Source: a virus. From it: a DNA stretch of 64,000 bases. Location: the IMG/VR virus record IMGVR_UViG_3300020394_000003, positions 1 to 64,000 of that record; one strand, 5' to 3'. Positions 46,467 through 56,553 of the stretch are shown in pieces (position 1 is the stretch's first letter; each line of letters starts with the position of its first letter). The position numbers and the translations under genes are program-made. Under the pieces are notes generated by a model that was given only the letters and a program-made list of their open reading frames with translations, had not been told where the DNA came from and made no database searches.

Positions 46467-47299
46467 AGATAAAAATTTATATAGTAACATATAATAACGC
46501 TGAAGATATCAATAACAATTTAAGAATGCTGCTTGATAGTGATCTGAGTGGCCACGAAGTAGAAATTAACGTTATCAACAATCATTCGAATCTTCACATA
46601 AAAGAAGAATATTTAGAGCGAATTAATATTTTACATAATACACTTAGGCCGGACTTCAGCACAGGTCACTTGTCTAGAAATTGGAATCAAGCAATTATAA
46701 ACGGCTTTAAAGACCTGAATGAACCAGACTGCGATATTCTAATTCACACTCAGGATGATGTTGTGTGGAGTAAGGATTGGCTAAAACACACGATTGAGGT
46801 ACACAAGGAGTACACTTTCTTCAGTGGTCAGGTTGGGGACGCATTTTGTAGCTATACTGCCGAAGGCGTAAAAAACATTGGACTTTGGGATGAAAGGTTC
46901 TGTAATATAATGTATCAAGAATTCGATTACTTTTTAAGAGCATTGCTTTACAATAGAGAAAAGTCGAGTATAAATTCTTATGTTTATATGCCGGTAACAG
47001 GTGAAAGAAAGATTGATCTGTTGCTAAATCCCATAGAAGACATAGAAAAAAAGTTTCCTAGGAGACCGGACAGAAACCTAGAACGAGAAGCTGCGCATAC
47101 TAAATCGGGTAGATGGATAAAACAATCTAAATTATTATTTCGTGAAAAATGGGGAATACAACACCCACGACCAGTGTTTCAGGATAATGCTAAAATTGGA
47201 AAACCATCTGTGAAAAACTTCATATACTATCCTTATTTTGAGAAAGACATATATGAACTAGATAAGAAAAATTATGTGGCAGACCTATCAAAAAAATGA
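46463..47299 (+). CDS. GT2-like glycosyltransferase (paralog of 48926)
   Basis: IVTYN, WNQAI, QDD, IGLWDERF. Confidence 0.75.
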   Translation: MKIKIYIVTYNNAEDINNNLRMLLDSDLSGHEVEINVINNHSNLHIKEEYLERINILHNTLRPDFSTGHLSRNWNQAIINGFKDLNEPDCDILIHTQDDVVWSKDWLKHTIEVHKEYTFFSGQVGDAFCSYTAEGVKNIGLWDERFCNIMYQEFDYFLRALLYNREKSSINSYVYMPVTGERKIDLLLNPIEDIEKKFPRRPDRNLEREAAHTKSGRWIKQSKLLFREKWGIQHPRPVFQDNAKIGKPSVKNFIYYPYFEKDIYELDKKNYVADLSKK

Positions 47300-48111
47300 A
47301 ATATTTCAATAGTATGGGTGAGGTCGAAGAACACCGAAAAACAAATCCAGACATACCAATCTGGCAAATAGTATGTGATACACCGCATGCAAAAAACATT
47401 CATCTAAACCCGAATATACCCGTAGGGGTGAGGGATGGATACTACCCACTTGCGGTTGCAGCATCTGTCAATGAAATATACACACTAGTTAACAGCTATC
47501 ACATTATCGGTAAAGAGATAACAGTATTAGAGCACCATGTGGAACAGCTAGCTAAACCTTTGGAGTATGACAATAAATACAGCCATCCAAAAATGAAAGT
47601 AAACAAAGACATTATAGATCCTCTAAGATTTTGTATAGACCTAGATATTTTTGAAAAAGATCTCGCGGGGAACACACCAGATGAAATTGCAAAGCAAAAA
47701 ATAGATAAGATAATCTCAATTTTAAAAAAGAAAAGCGTCTTGTCTGAAATGCAAGATTTCATAGTCTTAAGCTCTCCGTTTGATAAGCAGCGTAAAAAAT
47801 ATAGCTTTCATATAATTTTGGCAAAAAAAAATTTACTAGTTAAGAATCAATATTCTTTTTTAAAGCTACTGAAAGAAGTAAAGCAGCAAGATAGTAGAAT
47901 AGATAAAATGTTTCCGGGGTTTATAACTAGAGTTTACAAAACAGGAAAATATCCGATGAACCAAAGCAAAGGAAGAATTTTTAGCTGCTATACCGGCATT
48001 CCTGAGACAAAAACATCAGACGCGTTTGATAGTGATAGACATTTTTTTGAGCACACATTAATGTACGCACACGATTACCATAATGATAGTGAGGCATATG
48101 TATTGTTATGA
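47296..48111 (+). CDS. AEP (PrimPol-like) domain protein
   Basis: FCIDLD, KYSFHII, ID...R motifs. Confidence 0.5.
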   Translation: MKYFNSMGEVEEHRKTNPDIPIWQIVCDTPHAKNIHLNPNIPVGVRDGYYPLAVAASVNEIYTLVNSYHIIGKEITVLEHHVEQLAKPLEYDNKYSHPKMKVNKDIIDPLRFCIDLDIFEKDLAGNTPDEIAKQKIDKIISILKKKSVLSEMQDFIVLSSPFDKQRKKYSFHIILAKKNLLVKNQYSFLKLLKEVKQQDSRIDKMFPGFITRVYKTGKYPMNQSKGRIFSCYTGIPETKTSDAFDSDRHFFEHTLMYAHDYHNDSEAYVLL

Positions 48112-48929
48112 AAGAATATCACGCATTTTGTCTTTGGAGAGAACATAAAGAACTTAGAGAACTGATATACAAATCTTTTAAGGTAGTGGAGTCAAAAAAG
48201 TATGATTTGGCTCCCGAAGTAAGAGCCAAAAAGGTCAGAGATATATATGAAATATTTATCGTTGCTGAGGATGAGAGAATCTGGTCCAAACACCCAATAG
48301 AGATAATTGTTGTTGAAGTTGACGCTGAATACGGAATAAGAACCACAGGGGGTACAAAGAATACTAGGTTTGTTAACACTGAAGTTTTTGACTTTAAAAC
48401 AAACTCAAGAAAAAAATTAGGAATAAATTTTAGATATATTCACGCTACAGATCACGTTTTAGAATCAAACAAAGTTTTTAAGTCTTTTGAGTTACCACAA
48501 TACATAACAGATTTTACAATGGTTAATTTAAGAGAAGCTAGGGCTGTAAAGTGGCACGTTAACCCTTTTAAGCTGGGCCTTAAAGCATATGAAAATACTG
48601 AAAATTACGATTTTTTAAAAATTACTGAATGTCCTCACTACAATTTTTTACAAGGCCAAAAAGATGAATACTTGAAATATGTAAAAAAAATAGATACTGT
48701 GCATAGTGATGCTGATCGATATAGAAAATTAATAGAAAAATTTGATTATAAGAAATACAATTCAAGTGAAAAAAAAGATCTGATACAAGTCTCGTATATC
48801 GACGAAAAGCCAGTAATAATTGACGGTCTTCACCGAGCTAGTATTTTAATATACAATTATCAGCAGCTAGATGATATAGTAGTAAGGGTAAGAATAAATG
48901 ATAATCATCAATATAGGAACAAGAAGTGA
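48108..48929 (+). CDS. hypothetical protein with an NDK-like His motif and a ParB/Srx-like motif
   Basis: YIHATD; IIDGLHRASIL. Confidence 0.55.
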   Translation: MKEYHAFCLWREHKELRELIYKSFKVVESKKYDLAPEVRAKKVRDIYEIFIVAEDERIWSKHPIEIIVVEVDAEYGIRTTGGTKNTRFVNTEVFDFKTNSRKKLGINFRYIHATDHVLESNKVFKSFELPQYITDFTMVNLREARAVKWHVNPFKLGLKAYENTENYDFLKITECPHYNFLQGQKDEYLKYVKKIDTVHSDADRYRKLIEKFDYKKYNSSEKKDLIQVSYIDEKPVIIDGLHRASILIYNYQQLDDIVVRVRINDNHQYRNKK

Positions 48930-49792
48930 AAATAAAAATATACATTGTTACCTACAAGAACCCTCCTGATCTTAATAGAAACCTTAAATCCATATTTGAA
49001 TCAGATTGGCGAGATTATGATGTCAGCATTAACGTAATCAATAATCATTCTGATTTTCATTTGGATTCCAAATACGAAAAAAAAGTAAATATAATTCACA
49101 ATTCTTTACGTCCCGACTGGAGCACAGGTCACCTAGCAAGAAATTGGAATCAAGCAATTATAAATGGATTTAAAAGTCTAACAAATCCAGACTGTGATAT
49201 CTTGATTCACTGCCAAGACGACAACACATGGTCTAAAGAATGGCTAACAAAATTGGTTGAAATTCACACAAAGTATACATTTTTTACTGGGCAGGCTGGC
49301 GATGCGATGTGTAGTTACACACCGGAAGCTGTGCGGCGAATTGGTCTTTGGGACGAAAGGTTTTGCAGTATTGGGTTTCAAGAATTTGATTACTACACTA
49401 GAGCATATCTGTATAATAAGAACATGTCTAGTATAAATGCTAAGACTAACTTGCTTAATAGCATGCCTGACGTTCAAAGGTATTTCCCGTACAGACCAGA
49501 TAGAAACTCAGAAAGAGAAGCGGAGCATGTACGATCTTCTTCTTATCATACTATAAACTGGAATTTATTAAAATCAAAATGGCTTCCCGATAATATTGCT
49601 GTGGAGCCAAAACAATACTGGAAAACGTTCTTGCAAAACTCAAAAAATATAAAACATTCTAGGGTGCCAAATTATGTATTCTATCCGTATTTTGAAAAAG
49701 ATGTATACAGGCTAAAAGAAAAGAATTATGTAAACATACCAGACACTAATTCGGACGAGGGACAAAAGCTAGCTGGAGTAAAGAAGAAATGA
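48926..49792 (+). CDS. GT2-like glycosyltransferase (paralog of 46463)
   Basis: Near-identical N-terminus and shared motifs. Confidence 0.75.
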   Translation: MKIKIYIVTYKNPPDLNRNLKSIFESDWRDYDVSINVINNHSDFHLDSKYEKKVNIIHNSLRPDWSTGHLARNWNQAIINGFKSLTNPDCDILIHCQDDNTWSKEWLTKLVEIHTKYTFFTGQAGDAMCSYTPEAVRRIGLWDERFCSIGFQEFDYYTRAYLYNKNMSSINAKTNLLNSMPDVQRYFPYRPDRNSEREAEHVRSSSYHTINWNLLKSKWLPDNIAVEPKQYWKTFLQNSKNIKHSRVPNYVFYPYFEKDVYRLKEKNYVNIPDTNSDEGQKLAGVKKK

Positions 49793-50586
49793 ACACTCTT
49801 TGTTATATTTTTCATGTGCATAATACTTTTGGAAAACGGCATATTGATATGGCGCTAGAAAGTATTGCAAATCAGGTAGGTGCACCACCCCGGTTCAAAA
49901 CCTTTATTGTATACAATGTCTCGGACGCTATTGACAACGATTATATCGAAAACAAATATGAAGAATATAACCTAAATTTAAGATTTGAAAACTTTGAAAT
50001 ATTTGAAGTTACCAAAAGAACAGAGTCAGTCAGTGAAGACTTCAGAATTCACGTAAAAGAAATTAGCGGTTACGATTGGTATATGGTTCACAAATCGGAC
50101 TTTTATTTACCAAATAGTTTATTCTCCCAAGTTAATCAAAAGATGCTAGCATGCAATAGTAGCACAGAAGCAGAGTATATTAATTTTTCTAAGTTTGATC
50201 TTAGAGAATATGTTACTGCGAAAGATATAAGAACAATGGCAGAGTTTCCTACCTTTGAATCTCTTTCTGCACAAAAATATGCTTGTCATTCTGATTATTA
50301 TTCTTCGCACAAATGGAGCCCTGAGTTATCTCTTGAACATATAGCAATTGGATATCGAGGTAGAAACAAAAAGGGCGAAAATATTTTTGATGGAGTAATG
50401 CATTATTATAATGAATCTGCGAGAAAGAAGATTCAGTTCAACAGCTACTGGGACTCGAAAGATATATTTGAAAATAGAAATCGTGGGATTAAGATGGAAA
50501 TAGACAGAAACCAATATGTTCTCCACATGTTTCATGACATCAATAGAGCAACTTCTCAGAAAAACACAGAAGGTCATAGGTTTTAA
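49789..50586 (+). CDS. putative GT-A-like protein
   Basis: Island context; LESIANQ, SDFY, HMFH. Confidence 0.5.
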   Translation: MNTLCYIFHVHNTFGKRHIDMALESIANQVGAPPRFKTFIVYNVSDAIDNDYIENKYEEYNLNLRFENFEIFEVTKRTESVSEDFRIHVKEISGYDWYMVHKSDFYLPNSLFSQVNQKMLACNSSTEAEYINFSKFDLREYVTAKDIRTMAEFPTFESLSAQKYACHSDYYSSHKWSPELSLEHIAIGYRGRNKKGENIFDGVMHYYNESARKKIQFNSYWDSKDIFENRNRGIKMEIDRNQYVLHMFHDINRATSQKNTEGHRF

Positions 50587-51021
50587 ATGATCCTAATCGC
50601 CCACAGAGGAAATATTGCTGGTCCTGTACCTAAATTAGAAAACAGACCAGAGTACCTTTCATTAGCCATTGGAAGTGGATATAGTGTAGAGGCAGATGTA
50701 TGGTACCATGACGGACAGATTTTTTTGGGACATGATGAGCCATCTTATCCAATATCATTGCAATTTTTACAAAATGAAGCTATTTGGTGTCATTGTAAAA
50801 ATGTGGAAGCAGCTAGGCTGTTAATTGACAATGATATTCATTGTTTTTACCACAACATTGATGATATAACCATAACGTCTAGGGGATATATCTGGACATA
50901 TCCAAACAAAAAACTGGTAGAACGCTCGGTATGTGTAATGCCCGAACTAGGGTACAGCGGAATTATTGAAAACTGCAGTGCAATATGCAGTGACTACATC
51001 GAAAAATACAAGGATTTATAA
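50587..51021 (+). CDS. GDPD-like phosphodiesterase
   Basis: IAHRGN, EN, VEADV, LGHD, ICSDY. Confidence 0.8.
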   Translation: MILIAHRGNIAGPVPKLENRPEYLSLAIGSGYSVEADVWYHDGQIFLGHDEPSYPISLQFLQNEAIWCHCKNVEAARLLIDNDIHCFYHNIDDITITSRGYIWTYPNKKLVERSVCVMPELGYSGIIENCSAICSDYIEKYKDL

Positions 51022-51362
51022 TGTATACAGAAGAAAGACCATGGGGAATGTTTGAAAACTTGTTAGAATCTGAATACTGCAAAGTAAAAAGAATAACAGT
51101 AAACCCCGGTCAACGTTTGAGTTACCAATATCACCACAAGCGCTCAGAAGTGTGGACAATTGTGCAGGGTAAAGCTCTTATCACTCTTGATGATATAACC
51201 ACAAGATACAAAGCTGGGGACACCATTACGATTCCTACTAGTATGAAACATAGGATCGAGAACGACACAGAAGAGGCTGTAATCTTTATTGAAGTACAAC
51301 ATGGTGAATATTTTGGAGAAGATGATATTGTGAGGATTAGTGATGACTACAACAGATCCTAG
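51021..51362 (+). CDS. mannose-6-phosphate isomerase type II cupin
   Basis: RPWG, VKRITVNPG, QYHHKRSEVW, HRIEN, EDDIVR. Confidence 0.92.
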   Translation: MYTEERPWGMFENLLESEYCKVKRITVNPGQRLSYQYHHKRSEVWTIVQGKALITLDDITTRYKAGDTITIPTSMKHRIENDTEEAVIFIEVQHGEYFGEDDIVRISDDYNRS

Positions 51363-52026
51363 GCAGCTAAACAGAGTAAGAACTTTAATAGGGCCGTTTA
51401 AAAGAAATAAGATGTTCTTTGTGCACATTCCAAAAAATGCAGGAACCACAGTGATGAGGGTGTTGTTACAGCATCCGCAAGGGGCTAGCTGTCATGCTAC
51501 TGCAACACAAATCAATGGATTAGACGAGTATAAAGATTGGAACAATTTTATTTTTTGTAGAGATCCCCTCGATAGATTTATTAGCGTATACCTTTGGCGC
51601 CTCAGAAAAGACGAGCTTATACAAAACATTTCAATGAATGAAGTTGTCGAGAGGCTAAGCAAAGAAAATATTAGACAACCAAAAGAATTATGGGATTTCG
51701 AAACAGACCCTGAAAAGCTTGATCGAATGTTTAACAAGCAGGTAACATGGATAAACAATAAGACTGTTTATGTGGGACGTGTTGAAGCCGTCGGTAATCA
51801 CATGCATTACTTACGCGATCATTACGGTCTACGTATTCCTTGGACAATGACAGAATTTCGAAGACACGAAAACCCAGCAAAAACGTTTGGCCCTCAAACA
51901 CCAGAAACTAGAAAAAAATTAATTAACATTTTAAAGGATTCTACAACTTTACGCAACAATTTTTTTGATTATTATGCTGAAGATTATGAAAGATTCGGGT
52001 ATAATATACCAAAGGGTTTAAAATAA
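51340..52026 (+). CDS. sulfotransferase family protein
   Basis: FVHIPKNAGTT (5'-PSB), RDPLDRFISVY, YAEDYERFGY. Confidence 0.85.
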   Translation: MMTTTDPRQLNRVRTLIGPFKRNKMFFVHIPKNAGTTVMRVLLQHPQGASCHATATQINGLDEYKDWNNFIFCRDPLDRFISVYLWRLRKDELIQNISMNEVVERLSKENIRQPKELWDFETDPEKLDRMFNKQVTWINNKTVYVGRVEAVGNHMHYLRDHYGLRIPWTMTEFRRHENPAKTFGPQTPETRKKLINILKDSTTLRNNFFDYYAEDYERFGYNIPKGLK

Positions 52027-52973
52027 TGTACACCAAAGATCTGTCTCAAACAAAATATGGGATAAACCAAAGCCTGCAAACAGCTCAATCATGGATTGAG
52101 CCAAACAATCCTGATTATTTTTATCGAGGTGGCACTAGGTTTTTGAATCATTGGATACAGCTGCAGAGGCAACGCAGAGAAGAGCATTCAGCACAGATGG
52201 ATAGAATTACTCCTGAAGTTTTGGATATTGTCAAGACAATTGAAGAACAGGGTTACTACAAAATTGAAAATTTTTGGGACACTGAACTGCTAGACGAAGT
52301 AAAAAATCAGACAATTGAGATGATGAGAAGTGCAGATCCTAAAAAGGTGAATTATCCTCAAAACGGAGTTCATACAAAAATCATTCATCCATTAAAAAAT
52401 ATACCAATAACAAACAAGATGGCAACACACCCAAAGATTCAAGCCATCGCAGCGGCATTCCTAGGAGCCCCGGCGGGCCTAGGAACTACAAATCTCAGGA
52501 TGAGCACCGCCGACAAATCTAAAAATGTCGGAACTAACATGTTTCATAAGGACTTTAATAGCCCTATCAGGCTTATTAAGTTTTTTACATATTTTAACGA
52601 CGTTACAAAAGAAAACGGACCTTTTACTTATGTAAAAAATTCAAATCGCATGATGCCATCTGATCCTCCATGGTGGTCAATTCACCGTTGGCCGGATGAC
52701 AAAATTGAAAGCATTTATGGGAAAGATAGAATTATAAATTTAACAGCAAATTACGGAGATCTGATTGTTGCAACTACAAATGGGTTTCACAAAGGCCTTA
52801 AGCTAGAATCGGGAGAAAGGCTGATGCTGACCCTTAATTATCTTATTCATCCCGAGTGCGGAGACAGAGGATTTGATGCACCGCCAGAGGCAATTCATCC
52901 TGTTTTGAAAGATACTTTTGATGACCTTGCCCCCGAGGACAAATATTTATATGACTTTATGGAGAGAGTATGA
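52026..52973 (+). CDS. PhyH-like 2OG-Fe(II) dioxygenase
   Basis: FHKD, NGPF.YV..S, GD, HKG, R. Confidence 0.82.
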   Translation: MYTKDLSQTKYGINQSLQTAQSWIEPNNPDYFYRGGTRFLNHWIQLQRQRREEHSAQMDRITPEVLDIVKTIEEQGYYKIENFWDTELLDEVKNQTIEMMRSADPKKVNYPQNGVHTKIIHPLKNIPITNKMATHPKIQAIAAAFLGAPAGLGTTNLRMSTADKSKNVGTNMFHKDFNSPIRLIKFFTYFNDVTKENGPFTYVKNSNRMMPSDPPWWSIHRWPDDKIESIYGKDRIINLTANYGDLIVATTNGFHKGLKLESGERLMLTLNYLIHPECGDRGFDAPPEAIHPVLKDTFDDLAPEDKYLYDFMERV

Positions 52974-53281
52974 TTGTATATATTGATATTGATGAGACAA
53001 TCGCAAAAACCCCTGATAGTAGAGATTATAGCTTGTCTAAGCCTATTGAAGAAAATATTAAAAAGGCAAACAAGTATTATGAAGAAGGACACACTGTCGT
53101 GTACTGGACTGCTAGAGGTTCAGGAACCGGCATTGATTGGTATGATGTTACCAAAAAACAACTTAAGTCATGGGGAGTAAAACACCATGAGCTGAGATTA
53201 GGTAAACCAGTCTATGATTTGTTTATAGACGATAAAGCAATGAACCCATCAGTATGGGAGAACAAAGGAGAAGCCAAATGA
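52970..53281 (+). CDS. small HAD-like phosphatase
   Basis: DIDETI, WTARG, GKP.YDLFIDDK. Confidence 0.85.
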   Translation: MIVYIDIDETIAKTPDSRDYSLSKPIEENIKKANKYYEEGHTVVYWTARGSGTGIDWYDVTKKQLKSWGVKHHELRLGKPVYDLFIDDKAMNPSVWENKGEAK

Positions 53282-53472
53282 GCAACAACGAAACAAACAA
53301 CCTGCACCTTTCAGATCAAGCCATTGGAGCCGTTATGATGGCTTTACAGCGCAGCCTGTTGGAACAATCAGATATTGTCCCAACACTTAAGGAAATGAAG
53401 CTTAAGCAGTCGGAACAGGGTCTAGTGGTCTTAAACCCGCCAATTGTCCGAGCAGCATCTGACGCTGAATAA
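53278..53472 (+). CDS. hypothetical protein
   Basis: AAGGAG RBS before ATG 53278. Confidence 0.7.
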   Translation: MSNNETNNLHLSDQAIGAVMMALQRSLLEQSDIVPTLKEMKLKQSEQGLVVLNPPIVRAASDAE

Positions 53473-53732
53473 TGCCGCGATACTCTTATTATTGTGAATC
53501 TTGCGAAACTGTATCAAAGGTGTTCCACTCTATGAGTACGGTTTTACAAGAATGTCCACAGTGTTTGGCGCAAGATGGATTTTACAAAATGTTATCTAAG
53601 CCATCTTATAATAAAAGCAAGAACACAAAAGAAGAACCAAAAGAAAAAGTGGAACAACATATTCAGGAAGCTAGAGAACAACTTGACAAGCAAAAGCGCA
53701 ATATGAGAAATGAGGAGCTAGTAGAAAAATGA
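53472..53732 (+). CDS. FmdB-like zinc-ribbon protein
   Basis: MPRYSYYCESC...CPQC. Confidence 0.8.
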   Translation: MPRYSYYCESCETVSKVFHSMSTVLQECPQCLAQDGFYKMLSKPSYNKSKNTKEEPKEKVEQHIQEAREQLDKQKRNMRNEELVEK

Positions 53733-54088
53733 CAATACCTATACAATACGTTGTACTAGTATGCTTGCTATTTTTAATTTCTTTGATCATTAATGCTGTA
53801 TTAATTTGGTATGCGCGCAATTCAATAATTCAATTAGCGTTTATTTCTGATAATTTAAACGATTTAAGAAACTCTGTCAGCGTGTATGCGAAGCACCTAA
53901 GAAATGTATATGAGCTAGAGATGTTTTATGGTGATGAAACCCTAGGAGCCCTGATGCAGCACACTACTGAGCTAGAAGCATCTTTGGAACTATATGAGGA
54001 TTTTTATGATTTATTTGAAACTGAAGACGGGGTGACTGAAGTAATGGTAGAAGAGGAGGAAGAAATAGATGCCGCCCCGCAGACGTAG
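53729..54088 (+). CDS. membrane-anchored hypothetical protein
   Basis: N-terminal TM, acidic tail. Confidence 0.7.
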   Translation: MTIPIQYVVLVCLLFLISLIINAVLIWYARNSIIQLAFISDNLNDLRNSVSVYAKHLRNVYELEMFYGDETLGALMQHTTELEASLELYEDFYDLFETEDGVTEVMVEEEEEIDAAPQT

Positions 54089-54770
54089 CAGCAAGAAAGA
54101 TCCAAAAAAACAATATTTTAGAAAAGAACATGAAGACGCAATCATCAAATACGCTCAAACAGATGATCATCGAGAGAGGACATTTTTATACGAAACACTA
54201 ATTGGTCCTGCTTTTTCTGAAATGGTTGACAAAATTGTATTTACATATAGATTTACAAACTTGCCAAACATTGAAGAACTGCAAGAAGAGTGTAAAATTT
54301 GGTTGACAACAATTTTAGATAAGTATGATCCAAGTAAAGGTTCAAAAGCATTTTCATATTTTTCGGTAATTACTAAAAATTGGTTTATTCATAAAGTTAA
54401 AAGACAGCAAAAAAGACTAGTAAGAGAGACAGATTTAGAGTCTTTGTCGAGCCAAGCTCATTTAGACCACATGTCAACAACAAACAAATATTTGCCGGAA
54501 AGAATTGAAAGAGAATTCTGGGAATTGTTGTGGAAAGAGATGGAGTCATGGGATGTGGCAACCATGAAAGAAAATGAAAGAAAAGTATACGAAGCAGTTA
54601 AAATTCTACTATCGAACCCAGACGACATAGAAATTTTTAACAAAAAAGCTATTTATCTTTACTTGAGGGAAATCACTGGATTGAATACAAAACAGGTTGT
54701 CAATAATCTGAATAAAATGCGTAAGAGATATAAGACCTTCAAAGAAAAGTGGAATGGTGGAGAATTGTGA
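54069..54770 (+). CDS. phage late sigma factor (T4 gp55-like)
   Basis: KYDPSKGSKAFSYFSVITKNWFI region-2 pattern. Confidence 0.75.
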   Translation: MPPRRRSSKKDPKKQYFRKEHEDAIIKYAQTDDHRERTFLYETLIGPAFSEMVDKIVFTYRFTNLPNIEELQEECKIWLTTILDKYDPSKGSKAFSYFSVITKNWFIHKVKRQQKRLVRETDLESLSSQAHLDHMSTTNKYLPERIEREFWELLWKEMESWDVATMKENERKVYEAVKILLSNPDDIEIFNKKAIYLYLREITGLNTKQVVNNLNKMRKRYKTFKEKWNGGEL

Positions 54771-55057
54771 AATTAGATCAATACATATCAGAAGTCGTTG
54801 ACAATATTCGTGCCGATAGAGAGGTTACGAAAGAATTGTTGAATGATGCGATTAACTATATGACTTCAAAAGCAGACGCACACGAATCAGTGGGTCAAGT
54901 CGCCGCGAAGTATGTAGAGACTCTACAGCGTTCAAACGAGCAACTGGTAAAGATTGCAAGCCTAGTTCACAAACAAGAGCAAGTCAAGTCGGATTCACTA
55001 TCTGATCAAGATAAACAAGAACTTATGGACATGATCAATACGGGAGATACAATGTAA
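54767..55057 (+). CDS. helical hypothetical protein
   Basis: GGAG RBS; GTG overlaps the sigma gene stop. Confidence 0.7.
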   Translation: MKLDQYISEVVDNIRADREVTKELLNDAINYMTSKADAHESVGQVAAKYVETLQRSNEQLVKIASLVHKQEQVKSDSLSDQDKQELMDMINTGDTM

Positions 55058-56541
55058 TGGCTGAAAAAGGTGATGATAGATATCTTCCCGGCACACTAAA
55101 TCCTAGTGCTATACAATCCCCGGGTGATTATAAAGAAACTGTTGGTCCATCAATGGACAACAACAACTTTTTTACAAAGTTTCACGAAACGATGCAAAAG
55201 GGCGCATCCCTTAATACCTTTAAGGGTGTTAACAGATACAAAGCAATGGTAATCAGTGAAGTCAAGACTACAAAATCTGGTGGATTTCTTGGTTTTGGTG
55301 GTAAAGAAAGGTATGAATTTAGAATCAGAATACCGGAGCTACACAGCGGTATTCAAGACCCATGTGCTCTTCCTCCCGATGGTGGCGGCGGCGCCAACTT
55401 TAACGACAAGGTAAAGAAACTAGTAGGTATGCACCCAATGGCCTATAGTGCTTCAGACAAAGAGGGCGGCGACGGAAATTTGCCAGAGCCAAAAATGGGG
55501 GATATTGTATGGGTTGAATTTGAAAAAGGCCCATCTGCTGGTAAAATGTCTGCGCCAATCTATGTTGGAAGATTCAGCAAAGGAAAGGGTACAAACAATA
55601 TCTCGGAAGTTTGTGACGGCCTAGCAGAATCTATGAATGCAGCAGGTAACCGAAGTACCGTAGGTGGTAATCATGCCAATGTCGGAGGATATGGAGGAGA
55701 TCCCTCCTCATGGCCCGTGAGCGACTCTTCTGAACATATTGAAGGTGAGGCCGCATCGGGCCTCCACGACGTAGCTAGAGCTTATTATGAAGAACTAGGG
55801 TATACTTGGTATGACGATCCATTCATGTTAAATCTTATGGGAATCAGAAATACAAACACTAGATCTAACAACTCTTTTGATGATAAGATTATTTGTATGT
55901 ATACTGATGATGCTGGTACACAGCATGTCTATGTCTGGCCCGGTACCACCCGTCCCGGCCGGCCAGCAATGATGGATGGTCGAACAGGTGGTATTGCTAT
56001 TATGACACCATCTGCCCCACAGTACCATGCAGACTTTCCTACTAGTCACGGCGCATATCCGGGCCGTACCGCATCGGCTGGCCAAAAAACATACTATAAA
56101 GGCGCCCCTTCAGATGGTAAGGTGCGAGGTAGGAACTCGGATAGCGGCACTGGTTTTGCTGGTGATGGACCTGACCCAGTTCAAGCTTATCGAGACACCA
56201 ATAACGACGATGTATTTGACTATGATCCAAATTCAATTAAAGGTTGTGCACAGTGTCAAATTCACGGTACCGGGCCTCACATGGGAGATGGAGTCGCTGC
56301 CAACGTTGGTGGTTTAAGAGCAGACGGCTCAGCTTGGGCATGGTCTGAAGGTTGTCAAGTTTGGGGTTCATGGGCAGATTATACCTTCTGGTTATCTTTG
56401 TGGTCGCAGCAAATTCAAAATGGTCGCGAGTACATTGATTATGTTCTGATTAGAGCAGAAGATTCTCCAGAGTTATGGGGCACCCAAACAGAATCAGGGG
56501 CACCATCCGACGAACCGCAAGCCGGTGATCCGATAGAATAA
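55057..56541 (+). CDS. gp5-like OB-fold baseplate protein fused to an L,D-transpeptidase-like domain
   Basis: RIRIPELH, PKMGDIVWVEF; C-terminal IHG...WSEGCQV. Confidence 0.6.
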   Translation: MAEKGDDRYLPGTLNPSAIQSPGDYKETVGPSMDNNNFFTKFHETMQKGASLNTFKGVNRYKAMVISEVKTTKSGGFLGFGGKERYEFRIRIPELHSGIQDPCALPPDGGGGANFNDKVKKLVGMHPMAYSASDKEGGDGNLPEPKMGDIVWVEFEKGPSAGKMSAPIYVGRFSKGKGTNNISEVCDGLAESMNAAGNRSTVGGNHANVGGYGGDPSSWPVSDSSEHIEGEAASGLHDVARAYYEELGYTWYDDPFMLNLMGIRNTNTRSNNSFDDKIICMYTDDAGTQHVYVWPGTTRPGRPAMMDGRTGGIAIMTPSAPQYHADFPTSHGAYPGRTASAGQKTYYKGAPSDGKVRGRNSDSGTGFAGDGPDPVQAYRDTNNDDVFDYDPNSIKGCAQCQIHGTGPHMGDGVAANVGGLRADGSAWAWSEGCQVWGSWADYTFWLSLWSQQIQNGREYIDYVLIRAEDSPELWGTQTESGAPSDEPQAGDPIE

Positions 56542-56553
56542 AAGAGGAAGTAA

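Noticed and set aside
29469-48111. Eukaryotic giant virus origin (PMM, AEP-like gene, glycan genes)
   Set aside because: SD sites, sigma70 promoters, tmRNA, deformylase, gp55-like sigma and coupled operons indicate a bacteriophage
36134-53281. Bacterial chromosomal capsule/O-antigen locus
   Set aside because: No wzx, wzy or ABC export genes, and it is continuous with phage genes on both sides
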